A DNA stretch of 64,000 nt from Amoebophrya sp. A120 (taxonomy: Eukaryota; Protista; Dinoflagellata), in NCBI GenBank assembly GCA_905178155.1, contig CAJINV010000006.1, positions 502,398-566,397 of the forward strand, in the 5' to 3' direction. The stretch's first letter is position 1. Each line of letters begins with the position of its first letter. The position numbers and the translations under genes are program-made. Of the stretch, positions 47,373-59,871 are shown one piece after another. The notes beneath the pieces were generated by a model. That model was not told where the DNA came from. It was given only the letters and a program-made list of their open reading frames with translations, and did no database searches.

Positions 47373-49776
47373 TCACAACAACTTCATCACTTCCTCCGCA
47401 TCCTGCACCGCTTCCTGCATGATCTTTTCGTTCCGTCCCTCCGCTGCTTTTACGTCCGGTTTCACGTCTTCCACTTCATACTCAGTCTCCGCCTTCTCCG
47501 CCTCGATCGGCCCCTGGTAGCCGAGATCCTTTCTTATCCTGTGAAAAAACGTCCCCACCCCAAAGTTGTAATGCAAATCTGCATGCTTAAAATGTTTCTC
47601 ATGCGGAGACCCACGAGAGGCGCTTTCTCATGTTGATTTGAGACTTGCCATGCTCTAATCAGCATGAGAAAGAGAATCTGTGATGCTACTGCACTAGCTG
47701 AATACGATTAAATCGCTCGCCCAAGTTTGTCATGCGCGACAGCCAAAGCTTAGGGATTTGTGTAGCAGATTTCCCATCTTGACTATCGGGTGGGGGCGTT
47801 TCTCTCCAGGATATTTCTCGCATCGTCATCATCCCCCTTCACCTCCGCCGGCGGCTCGGGCACATCCACGGTCTGGTCCACTGGTTTCTTCTATCAACTC
47901 CAAAAATGTCTGGGTCTGGAAAGACGAAACTTGTGATGCGCATCTCACAACACACAAAAATCTCTCATGCATAGACAGCAAGAGTTGTTGCCCATTTTTG
48001 TCACCGTAAAAATAGGCGATTGTTCGACGTCATGCGGATAGGCATCGACGCAGCTACTTCTCAATAAAACCTGTAATGCTAGACCTTGCTTGCCAGACCT
48101 GCCGGTGGTCATGGAAAAACAGCATGACAAAAATCTGCATCCTTCCAGAGGACCCAGACATATTTGCATTTGATATCTTCGGGGGATACGACGCCTCACA
48201 CGGCGCGCTGCTCGCTCCCGGCTTGCACTTCGGTTTACACAATTCCAACTTCCTCTCACCCTCCACGCCGGACTGGTTACTCGCCAGCGAGTCAGTGACA
48301 AATTTCTTCCCGTTCGGTTTTTTTCCCTGCTCGCACTCGCGCAGGCAGAAGAAGGAGAGATCCAATGGTTTTTTTCGCGAGTCCTGCATCAGACACTGCT
48401 GCCGGCCGGAGGTATCCGCCAACCCAGTGCGCAGGTTGACGCACCGCTTCACAATCGCGTTCTTCTTCTGCGGCGTAAACTGCTCTCGCGCTATCCGCTC
48501 CGTGTCTTCGACCTTTTGATACGTTTTGAAAAGACTGGAGTCCCCGCCGGTGTTTGCGTCTGCGTCCAGGATTTTTTTTTCTTTGATCTCCTTGTCCCCA
48601 ACCTCCGCGATCCTCAGTAAAAACGTCCCCACTCCGGAGTTGTCGTGCAGATTTGCAATAACAGGAACATTTGTGATGCGCATCCGCATGATAGGCATTT
48701 CCAGTTGTGTTTTGGAATTTGTATTATGCTGCAAACAGGATAAGCAAATGGATTTGCGATGCGGCTGTCCTTGCCAGCAACCTGTACTACACTGCGGACT
48801 GCAACTTGTCATGTGTGACTCCCAAAACTTCTAGGTTTGTGTTGCAAAATCCACATCTTGACTCCAGGGAGGTGGGGACGTTTTTACATAGGATATCGGC
48901 CACGACGTTGTTCCCTTCGCGAATCTCCGGGGGCAGCACGTCACAGACAGGTGCAGCTGCTTTCGTGGTTGTTTCAACAACATCCTGCTTCGACGACGCT
49001 GTTGTAGTGATAGACTTTCTGAACAAGAAAGACAGCACGTTGTCCTTCGAACTCGCAGTCGTCACACTTGCCTTCTCCGAAACGAAACAGCACTCGCAGT
49101 CGCAGGGTGGGGTTTCCAGGTTGCCGTTAGCCGGATCCTGTTCATTCACTAGATCATCCAACCACTCCTGCTTCGCAACCGGAAAAGCAGACTATGAGAA
49201 TGCGCAACTCCTCCCCCCTCATTTCTTGTGTTGCATGACCAGTACCACAAGCGGAAGCGCGGGCAAAGATGCAGCTTTTGCATGACAAATTCCTAGAGGA
49301 TTGTAGTTCTGTTTTGCCTTTCGGAATCATGATCTGTCATGCAAAAAGTGCTATCAGGGAGAAGGTAGATTTGGGATTTTGCATGACAAATGAGGGGGAG
49401 GGAAAACTGTGCACTGTCATACAGACTCGCTGTCGTCCGCAAAGACCTCGTCTGGGCTGTCGCCCGTGGGCTCACTCTGCGTTATGACGTCCAGCGGGGA
49501 CGGGATTTGTCTTACCGTTTGTGGAAAAGAAATTTTGTTGCGCTGTACTTTTTGTCTTCCTGCTGCGCCTTGAATGTGAGAAGTAGTAATTCTGCTCCAT
49601 TCATGATTCCAATGGCCCTCCTCCTCCAAACCGGGTAGGCGGAGTGCAGCTGCAATTAGAGTAGAGGTAGTCGTTGTGGTGTGCAGAAGCTGGCAAGAAG
49701 AAAGCACGACAGACACCACGCACCGGAGGTCGGTCGGTGCGACCATCCATCTCTTGCGAGAGGACTTCATCCGCAT
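47373..49776 (-). CDS. Hypothetical ~434-aa Cys-containing, possibly secreted protein; 5 exons
   Basis: Exons 49422-49776,48896-49187,48176-48603,47814-47886,47373-47529 = 1305 nt in frame. Confidence 0.72.
47535..47813. mobile_element. Introner family B
   Basis: TSD TTTCT. Confidence 0.9.
47892..48175. mobile_element. Introner family A
   Basis: TSD TCTTC. Confidence 0.9.
48609..48895. mobile_element. Introner family B (GAT start)
   Basis: TSD TCCGC/TCGGC. Confidence 0.86.
49193..49421. mobile_element. Introner family J
   Basis: TSD CAGAC. Confidence 0.88.
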
Positions 49777-50651
49777 TGTTTATTTTCTAGTATTGCATCT
49801 GATTCCGATTCTTTCGTCTCTCCCTCAGAGCTTGCGCACCACCACCCGAGCAGCACTTGCATGCACTCCACCGGAAATATTAATCACAAGAACTAAGTAC
49901 AACACTCTGTTGTATCTATTATTTCTCATCGCGCTGATGCCACTCTTCTCAACATCTCAGGGGTAGTTCATCCACTTGTAGGCACGCTTACAACCCTTGT
50001 GACCGCCTCCTCGCACAGCGCGGCTCTCGCTTGCGACCCTTGCTTAATATCGCACTAGTAGAACACGGAAAAATGAAAGAACGGAGGGAAAAAACCTATA
50101 TCTCCGCCCCTTCTATTTTCTTCCTGTGTCTTGTTGTTTGTTTGTTGAGGATGGTCATGTGGAACCGTTTGAAAGTTGCTCTTTCTTCTCGTCACATGGT
50201 TAGCGCTATAATTTCAACAAAAAGTACTTACTACTTGGCAGAGCTGCTTTGGCTTCTGCCTTAGAAAAAGGAACTGCAGGTAGGAGGGAGAAATTCAAAC
50301 TCTGTTGCTGCCCAAGTTTTTTGTAAAACTTAAAGGCAGCTGAAGGAGCGCTCAAATTATAGAGAGATAAAGAGCGCGAAGTGAAAAGCTACTGTTGACT
50401 AGAAAAAGGAAAAAAACTGCCGTAAACGTGTGAAAGAGTTGAAAGTCTAAATTTTGTCGAGCCAGAGGTTCGATGCTTTTGAGGTGATGCTGTACAAAGT
50501 TACCTTGTCCTGTGAAAGAGTTTGTGTGCTCATGTTTTTTGTCTTGTGAAAAAGTTCTTCATTTGTCTTACTACGGTTTCGGTTCAAAGTTGCTACTACG
50601 ATTTATTTGCAGCCCCACCTACAAAAACAAATCGAGGCATTTTTATCAAAA

Positions 50652-53600
50652 TCAACAGCAGACAAAGCCAGGGGGTGCCCCCATTGATGATGTCGTTGAC
50701 GACGTACTAGTTGTCGCATTTTTCCCACTTGTTCCTCCCATCTCGTATCCAGGAAAAAAACTGTGTAAGTGTAACTTTGTAAGGAAGAGCAGCATCACAA
50801 ATTCGCTTTGCACTACAGGGAAAACCTGTCATGCGCAGCTAGTAAGTGGAAACACGTATGATAGTAGCCTATGACGCACTTCCAGCATGACAACTGTATA
50901 CTGTTTTGCATTTTCTGCATCACAGATTTACACTTACACAGTTTTTTTCTTGCATATCTCGGGCGCTACAGACACCGGAGGTTCTTCGCTTCCGACACAG
51001 GCTTCCAGCCGACACACCTGCGTCCAGTGCAGCGGCCCGCAAGGTATGAACTGCAAAAATGTCTGGGTCTGGATGAATGCAGGTGTTCGTGTTTGTGATG
51101 CCGGTTTTGCATGACCCAGAGTGTCTGGCATGCAGGACCAGCATCACAGGTTCTTCGAGAGGAGCTTCACGATGCCTACTCTGCATGAGAAATCGGCTCT
51201 CACCATGCCCAAACATTCGCAGCTTTTGCTGTTTGTGCAAGACAGATTTTTGCGTGATCTGAAATGCGCATCACAAGTTGCAACCTTCCAGACCCAGACA
51301 TATATATTTGCAATGCATACAAGGCATTCCAGCCCCGCTTTGTTCGATCAGCACCCTTCGCGTTTGTTCGTAGCTACCCTCGCCACAGGTCACAGAGCAG
51401 TCCTTTTCCGCGTCCCCTTCCCACGAGGACACCACGCAATCGATTTCTATGGGAGTGTCAGGATCGAAATCAACAAAATCGAAAAACTTGTAATGCATAA
51501 AATGTATGGCACGCAAGGCCTGTATTGGGGGGGCAGGCAAATGAGACCGATTGCAAGCCTGTTTAGGGGTATGCAATGTGCTGCCAAAGTAGCTTGACAG
51601 GAGCAGCCTTCTTTGCCCAAACAGCATGAGAGACTGGATCTAGGTGCTCCCGAAATTTGTCATGCGCCACTTGGAAATTGACGCTCCAACTGACTTCGAT
51701 TTTGAGCATCACAAAATTTTCGATTTTGTCAATTTCGATTCTGACACTCCCATAATGTCAGGAGAGGGAATAGTATTACCGGTCGTGTTCGCTCCACCTG
51801 TAATACTTGTATTCACGACCGGGCATGCCTCCAAATTGCACTCTTCCACGACTTCCTTGGCCTCACAGCTCTTCCCGTTCCCCGTGGGTGAAACGGAGAT
51901 GCTCCGTCGCTTTACGTAGTGCCCACTTCCGCACGTAACCGTGCAGTCGGCCACAGGGTCGAAGGGTGCCCATTCGGACATGACGCAGTCGAGATCTTCT
52001 TGTTCACCTCCGGCTGGAGGGGGGCTATCCGTAGTCGTACTCGTTATCGGGCATGTCGTCTCTGCGTCGCACGGTGTCTGTTCTTCCAGGGTGAACTCAT
52101 CACACGGGCGGCCGGCGCCGGTGTCCGCACTGATGATCTCCCTTGTCCGTGTAGTCCGCATGCCGGCCCCGCAGGTGACGGAGCAGGCGCCGCTGCTGTC
52201 TATATCAAATGCAAAAGTGTCTGGGTCTGGAACAAAGCAACTTGTCATGCGAGATCTGAACCATGTAAAAATTTGTGTTGCATGATTACCAAAAGCTGCC
52301 CACTTTTGAGTTAAGTAATCGAGAAGCAGTTCCTCATGCAGGATAGGTATGATAGCACTCTCACAGAATCTGTCATGCTATGTCGTCCATACCAGACCTC
52401 ATGAATCATGAAAAACCTGCATGACAAGTCTGGCACTGTTCCAGACCCAGACATTTTTGCATTTGATAGTCCACCCAGTCCGACAAAACGCAGTCCACCG
52501 GACAAAGAACCCCGAGGTTGCAGTCCTCCCACCGCGTCCTCTGCGCGTCGCAGGTCTGGCCGGTACCGACTGGATGGACCTCGATTGTCCGCTCTTGCTG
52601 GTACTGGCCGATTATTCTGCGGGAAAACGTCCCCACCCCAGCGTTGTCATGCAAATCTGCATGCCAAAAAAGTTTCTCATGCGGAGCCCCATGAGAAACA
52701 TTTGCTAGCCGTGTTTTGCGATTTGTGATGCTAGCATCAGCATGCAATGCTTGGTCTGTGATGCTGCTGAACTAGCCAGACAGGATTACACTACAAGGCC
52801 AAACTTGTCATGCGGAACAAACAAAGCTGGCTGCTTTGTGTAGCAGGTTTTCCATCTTGACTCTGGTGTGGGAACGTTTTTACTAAGGATACCGATGCCC
52901 CCGCAACTAACCGAACACTCTTTCACGTCGCCCGCCCACTCACTCAGCACGCAGTCCTATGCATTGCAATTATCGATCTGGGTGGTCGGGAAGAATTTTT
53001 ATGCAGGTTTGTCATGCTTGTCTCACATGACAGTTGAATCTGTAAAATGCGCGAGCAGGAACAAAGCCTCTTCCCTGTCATGCAAAAGTGCAGCTTGCCA
53101 TGCGGAAATCGAAACACAACAAAGGAGCCCAGAAACTTGTCATGCGTGGCTCCGTATTGCAAGTATACGCCCACCATTCGCAAACTAGCATCACAAGTTC
53201 TTTCCAGAGCCAGATCGATTATATTTGCATTTGATAAGTCCACGGGGCACGCACTTAACTCGCAATTGCGGAGCCGCGACCTCTCTGTGCTGCAGGGAAC
53301 GCCGGCCCCCACGGCCGGGGTGACGACCGACCGCGTCTGTGTGTACGTCCCGGGCCCGCAGGTCGGGGAACAACTACTGACGTCGCCCGCCCAATCACTC
53401 AGGACGCAGTCCACCGGCTATCCTTCGGAACAAAGACGTCCACACCGTAGAGTCAATGATTGGGAACTCTGCAGCACAAATCTACATGTTCTGAGAGTCA
53501 CGCATGACAAGTTTTCTCTGTATTGTGGTGAAGGTTTTTAGCACCAAGGAAGTCGCATCACAAACGCATGTCCTCAACCTGTTTACAGCAATACAAATGA

Positions 53601-56600
53601 TCCCAAAAGCAAAACTCGATTGAAAATGCCTCTCATGGGAATGCGCATTACAACTGTTCCTGTGATTGCAAATCTGCATGACAACTGTGAAGTGGGGACG
53701 GTTTTGCTCAAGATACCGGTGCGGGGGTGGTTGTCGTCGTGCGACAGTCGGGGAGGCGGTAAACGCCCCACTTCGGATGCCCGTATCGTGAGGAAAAATC
53801 CCCCCTCCCCATACTCACAATGGAAATTTGTGATGCTGATTTGTGACCACAAATCAGCTTTGTCTTGCATATGAGGCAAATGGGAGCCGTGTGGCGCATT
53901 CCACAGCCAAGCTCTCATGCGCTTTTGCCTACTGCAAAGCTGTCTGTCATGCCCGAGTGCTAGCCTTTTTCATACCTAATCATGCTTAGGAAATGCCTGC
54001 AAGCGCTTTCTGGAATGCAGAGCTGATTTGTGTACACAAAATCCAGCAATAAAAATTTGCGTTTCAATATGGGGAGGAGGCTTTTTGCACTTTGATAGCC
54101 CGGCGTCCTCCGTCTCGATGGGGTGCGTGTCAAACATCGCCTGATACCGCCAGAAGCAGCCCGTTTGATCGTTGGAGAGAGTCCCAGCACCTGCGTCCTC
54201 CTCCGTCGGGGACAACCGGCCCCGAAACTCCATCCGCAGCCACGTGTTCAGGGCGGGCGAGCCGCTGAAGAGAAAAGGAACGTCTTCGTTCTATCCTGAT
54301 TAAAAGCGTCCCCACACCAGAGTCAAGATGGGGATTTTGCAACACAAACCTAGGAGTTTTGGGAGTCACGCATGACAAGTTTCAGTCCGTAAAGTAGTGC
54401 AAATTAGCAAGGAAAGCCGCATCACAAATCGACCTGCTAATCCTGTTTACAGCATTACAAGTTCCCAAAACACGATTGAAAATGCCTGTCATGGGGTTGC
54501 GCATCACAAATGTTCCTGTCATGGCAAATCTGCATGACAACTCTGGGGTGGGGACGTTTTTCATCAGGATACGTTCCACTTGTTTCGGCTTTTCCACACG
54601 TGTCGATTCGGCCAGTATGCATTGCAAAAATCATGTCCGGGAGGTCTGGAAGGATGCAAGGTGTGTCATGCTTGTCCGGCATGACTGAAGAGTTTGTGAT
54701 GCGTGTCCAAGAAGAGACCCTACTTCCGCTCGTCATGCAACACGCAGCTTGTCATGCCAACACTAAGACTTGCGCGAATATTTTATTTCTCATGCTTGGC
54801 TGTGCATTACAGACGAGAAATCACTATTCACAACTCAGCATTACAAGTTTCCAGACATCCAGATCGATATTTGCATTTGATAGCCAGCCGACGTTGCCGT
54901 GCATGTGCCCGTTTACCACGGCAATCACACAGCTGTCGTCCACCAGGTCGTTGATAACTTCGTGCGTCATCCCCTTGTGAGCAGCGCCACGTGTGAAAAT
55001 GTGCAAAAACAACACCGCGTACCGTGACCCGTTAGGACTCGACGCCTGCCACTCCGGGTCGCCGCAGGTCTTGCGCAGCTCCTCGCGGAGCCAATCGACA
55101 CTGTGGCGGAGGCCGTTCAGTGTACGGCAATGCGCCGTGTTGGTGTAGTGGTAGAGGCTATCCCCCTATGGATTGTAAAAATGTCTGGGTCTGGAAGAAT
55201 TGGAACTTGTGATGCTTACTTTGGTCTCTAAAAAAGTCTGTATTGCATGACCAGCAAGAGGAGTCTAGTTTGTGCTACGCGGGGAGGGCGTTTGTCATGC
55301 GGAGTAGGCATCGGGAAGCCCTCTTAAAATCTGCGATGCTAGGTAGTCGTGCATTGCAGACATCCTGGGTCATCCAAAACATGCATGACAAGTCTCAGAA
55401 TCTTCCAGACCCAGACATTTTTACATTTGATACCCCCGTTCTCCCGTCGCAGGCTTCCACACCGTACGTGGACCACTGACTCGGCGACCGGAAGTATCAA
55501 AATGAAAAATCCCCCCTCTCCATATCAAAACGGAAATTTGTGATGCTGATTTGTGGCCACAAATCAGCTTTGTATTGCACAGAGGCACTGCGGCCAGATC
55601 CCCAGGCTAGGTCGGGGCGTTTGGGTCTAGTAGTTCAGCATGGCAAACGGCCCCCCTTTAGGCCCAACAGCGTGACAAATCGCTTCCATAATGGGGCGGA
55701 AGCTTCTGCCCTTGTCTTCTTGCAAGACAGATGTGATTTGTGACCTCAAATCCGCAACACAAATTTCTGAAAACATACCTTTTCAATATGGGGAGGGGGG
55801 ATTTTTCCTCTCAATAGGAAGCAGTCGGCCCCGCGGCCGCGCTGCGCGCACGTACCTTCATAGGCAGGGTGCATGTGCAGGGCAAACATGCGGAACCGGC
55901 CATTGTCGTGCGGATGGGTCCAAGCGTAGGACCCGGACTCCCGGTGAAAAGCGTCAATCACGGAGTTTTTTCGGAAGGTGTCACTCGCAGTACCGAACTG
56001 TTCCGCACTTTTCGTCGCCGCCCTTTTTGAGACGGGAAACCGATTCGAGGCCGCGAAGCCGGATTGCGTGTCACCGCTCGCCGGATCCCGGTCGGCCGTC
56101 GATACCAGTGTTCGGATGTACTGCAACTGACCCATCGCTCTTCCGTTCCCGCACCACAGGCGCCCGACCTGCGCTTGCTCGTACAGATACCCATACGTCA
56201 CCTCATAGTCGTGGTTGCCCAGGAGGGGCAGCACGTACCAGTCCTTGCGTGGGTTAAACTGGTGCAAAAATTTGGAGAAGTACTCTTCAATCTGCGGCTG
56301 CGTTCCGAGGTGCGTTAAGTCCCCCACCACGACCACATCCTGCCGTGCGTAGTTGCCCGGGGGCAGCGCCGTTGTCCCAGGTAAATCGACGAGACCCCCG
56401 CCGTCGTCGGCGGGCAAATTGTGGGCCTCATCATGCTATCAAATGCAAAAGCGTCTGGGGCTGGAAACTTGTGATGCTGGGTGGCGTATCATGAGGAGGC
56501 CACAAGTGCTGGCTCAGCGTGACAAGTTTCTGAGCTTCTAGGTGAAGGTGTTGCCTATTCTGCATGACAAACTACGTTTCTACATGACAGAAAAGTGGGG

Positions 56601-59127
56601 CTCTTGGGTAACGCGCATGACAGATTTGAAAGTCATGCCAGACAAGCATGACAAACATGCACTCTTCCAGACCCAGACATTTTTACATTTGATACATGCC
56701 ACTGACAGCCCGCGCGGTTCGCTTTGCAGGCCATGACACCTTGGGTCACAGCGCCCTGCACGGTGTCGCTGTGAAAAAAATCGCACTTATCCTGTGTAAA
56801 AACGTCCCCACCTACCCAGAGTTCTTGTCATGCAAATCTGCATGCTCAAAATGTTTGTCATGCGGAGCCCCATGAGAAGCATGATTTTCTGGTCGTGTTT
56901 TGGAATTTGTATTGCGCCAATCAGCATGATATACGAGATCTTCTGTGACGCTGCTGAACTACCTCAAACAGCACTACAGTACACTGCGACTCCAAATTGT
57001 GATGCAAAACAGCCAAAACTCGTGGACTTGTCTAGCCGATTTCCCATCTTGATCTTGACTATGGGGAGGTGGGGACGTTTTTACATAGGATAACGCTCGC
57101 TCGCCTGCTGCGTCGCGTACGAAGAGCCCGGCAAGACCTCGAAGCCCTTGAAAGTGCTCTTGTACCCGAATTGCACGTCCCCGACCACGAAAAGGTCGTA
57201 GGACTCGTAGTCCTGCTGTCCGGGAGAAAAGGAAGTTGGCGCCGTCTGAAAGTAGTTGTAGTATCCTGAGTAAAAACGTACCCACACCAGAGTCAGGATG
57301 GGGATTTTGCAACACAAACCTAGGAGTTTTGTGAGTCACGCAGGACAAGTTTCAGTCCGTAAGGTAGTGCAAGTTAGCAAGGAAAGCCGCATCACAAATC
57401 GATCTGCTGATCCTGTTTACAGCATTACAAGTTCCCAAACACGATTGAAAATGCCTGTCATGGGGTTGCGCATCACAAATGTTCCTGTCATGGCAAAGTC
57501 GCATGACAACTCTGGTGTGGGTACGTTTTTACTCACGATATGTAGGACTCGATGCTCCCGACTTGCTGCTCGCTCGTGGTGCAGCCTGCGGTGGAGAACG
57601 TGCCACTTTCCTATCAAGTGTAAAAGTGTCTGGGTCTGGAAGATTGCCAGGTTTGTCATGCATATTTTGCATAACCCATGATGTCTGTAATGCCCGGCCG
57701 ATCATCACAAATTTTTAAGGGGCCTTCTGATGCGTATTCCCCACGAGAAACGCGCGCTCCGCGTAGCACAAACTGAACTCCTCTTGCTGGTCATGCAATA
57801 CAGATTTTTTTTACCTTCCAAAGACGGCATGACAAGTTGCATTCTTCCAGACCCAGACATTTTTACATTTGATATTTCCTGAAAATAGCCGTCTGCGGTG
57901 CAGTATTTCACGTTGCGAAACTATCCCACGAGAAAAGTGTTACAGTTAAGTACACATTTGTAGTGAATTCAGCAACACAAATTTCTCTGTATGAGAGAGG
58001 AAACTTGTAATGCAGAAATCCTACAGGAAATAAACACCTATGAAACGAGGCTCCTATGCACATCCGGCATGACAGAGCTTGTCTGTCTTGCTTGGCCTGC
58101 ATGGACTATGTGTAAAAACTGTAACAGTTTTTTCTTGCGATAGAAACGCCAGCTGTCTCTGGTTGCTGCTCTCGGACCCGTTCTGCTGGTCCAGGCACCA
58201 ACACTTGCTATGCCTGATTGCTTGCTGTATCAAATGCAAATATGTCTGGGTCTGGAAGTTTGTGATGCTAAAATGTGCAAGAGGAATGCACTCCCTTCAT
58301 GCAGGAAAGCATGACAAGTTTACAAAGAACGCTTTCTCACACAAACTCCGCATGGCAAACTGCGTTTTTGTATGACCACAGGAAAGGCTACCACTTTTGT
58401 TGGTCATGCAATACAGATTTCACAGGAATGCAAGACGAGCATTACAATTTCCAACTTTATTCCAGACCCAGACATATTTGCATTTGGTATGCTGAATGTC
58501 GCGGCTAACCGAGTCCGGCACCCAAGCACTGCTCCCCGGAACGGGCGAGCAGTCCACGCCCTTTAGCTTTTCGAGTTCCGTATTTTTCATCTTCATCTCT
58601 AGGGTAGAAGTGCCAGTGCTGGCCCTTTGATTCTCCAGCCGCTCACGCACCTGTTCCTTTGCAGCGGAAGTAGAAGCCCGCGACGCAGCAGCCAGCTTCT
58701 GGAGCAGGGATGTAGAGCTTGCTCTGGTCCTCGCTTTGTTCGAACTAATCCTGCCGAGATGTTGTGATCGTGCTGTAGTTCTGCGGCCCATGCTAGAAAT
58801 TGTTCCAGCATTGTTGTTCTTTCTCCCTCGCGTTCTCTTTGTTCCCAGCAGTTGTGCCTGGTAGGCAGCGGCAAACGGAACATCAAATAAGCCGTCGACA
58901 TTTTTATAACTGGAATCTGTTGCCGTAGAATAAGTGGGGGAAAGTGAATGGATAAGTTTTGTGGAAGTTGTTTTTGCGGGAGTGAACCATAATGTCGAGA
59001 GCCGATGGAGAAGATTAATAGTGGTACAACTCGGGTGGAGCCACACAAGGAGGACAATGGTTTTTTTGACCATTACTGAATGCTGATCCACAATTTTCTT
59101 TGGGAGAACAACAATATTAAACATCAT
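50652..59127 (-). CDS. ~1144-aa calcineurin-like metallophosphoesterase fused to five spondin-type TSP1 repeats; 19 exons, 18 introners
   Basis: Exon sum 3435 nt; motifs VVGDVQFG, VVGDLTH, LGNHDY, LFLHIF, VNGHMH; TSP1 DCVLSDW...CSxTCG...RxR x5; ends PPGFVCC*. Confidence 0.82.
50746..50956. mobile_element. Introner family E
   Basis: TSD TCTCG. Confidence 0.9.
51045..51319. mobile_element. Introner family A
   Basis: TSD CAAGG. Confidence 0.9.
51448..51754. mobile_element. Introner family D (inverted relative to 30976)
   Basis: TSD ATTTC/ATGTC. Confidence 0.88.
52203..52468. mobile_element. Introner family A
   Basis: TSD GTCTA/GTCCA. Confidence 0.9.
52613..52891. mobile_element. Introner family B
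   Basis: TSD CCGAT. Confidence 0.9.
52958..53236. mobile_element. Introner family A (diverged)
   Basis: TSD AGTCC. Confidence 0.88.
53419..53715. mobile_element. Introner family B (diverged)
   Basis: TSD CCGGC/CCGGT. Confidence 0.85.
53784..54097. mobile_element. Introner family C
   Basis: TSD GCCCG. Confidence 0.9.
54292..54571. mobile_element. Introner family B
   Basis: TSD CGTTC; close sister of 57262. Confidence 0.92.
54616..54882. mobile_element. Introner family A
   Basis: TSD GCCAG. Confidence 0.88.
55167..55432. mobile_element. Introner family A
   Basis: TSD CCCCC. Confidence 0.9.
55495..55816. mobile_element. Introner family C
   Basis: TSD GGAAG. Confidence 0.9.
56437..56694. 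mobile_element. Introner family A
   Basis: TSD CATGC. Confidence 0.9.
56788..57092. mobile_element. Introner family B
   Basis: TSD GCACT/ACGCT. Confidence 0.85.
57262..57540. mobile_element. Introner family B
   Basis: TSD TGTAG. Confidence 0.92.
57612..57874. mobile_element. Introner family A
   Basis: TSD TTTCC. Confidence 0.92.
57922..58142. mobile_element. Introner family E
   Basis: TSD GAAAC. Confidence 0.9.
58228..58489. mobile_element. Introner family A (GTA end)
   Basis: TSD TGCTG. Confidence 0.9.
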
Positions 59128-59871
59128 GATAAAGATACAACTTTCTATGGGGCGACAAAGCGTCTACAGACGAAAGACGACAATAAAGACAGGAAGACAA
59201 TAGAATACTTTCTGTTTCTGAAACGGTCGGCGGGGTGCAAATAAATTTACACGGTTGTAAGTAGCATCCAGGTTCATCTTTCTGGGAGGATTTCTTGCCT
59301 GTGAAACTGAAAAATCTCGGTGGATCATCACGTCGCATCATCCAGTTGGTGGAGCTAAAAACGACATAACCACCTACGATGCAGAAGATTGCTTGGACGA
59401 TCATGGAGCAGTACGAGTACGACTACGAGAGCTGCAGGACGATTAAAAATTATTGGACGATGTATAAAACAAGAAATAAGTGCGACACCACAAGGAACAA
59501 GCGAATCATGTTGAGAGGTGGTTGTAGACACGATGATTTCTTTTTCCGCTTGATCAAGAAATACTGTCTGATACATTGACCCGACCACGCGTAGGGTCGT
59601 GTGGTCATGGCGCGATCTTCAGTATTAAATACTGTTTATAGGTTTTCAGTTTTGATGTTGTCCAAGAGCAAGTATTCGGAGTAAATTCGCTTCTAATTCA
59701 GTGGGACGACGAGAACTTACACCAGCCTTCATTTCAGAAACCATTAACGAAAGCGGCGCGAAACTGCAACTGCTGCGCCTGCGACGAGTACACGACGGAA
59801 AAAATACAAACAACGGATTGGAATTGCTGGACGATATTATTTGCTCATTCTGGGGTCATCCTCGTCCACCT

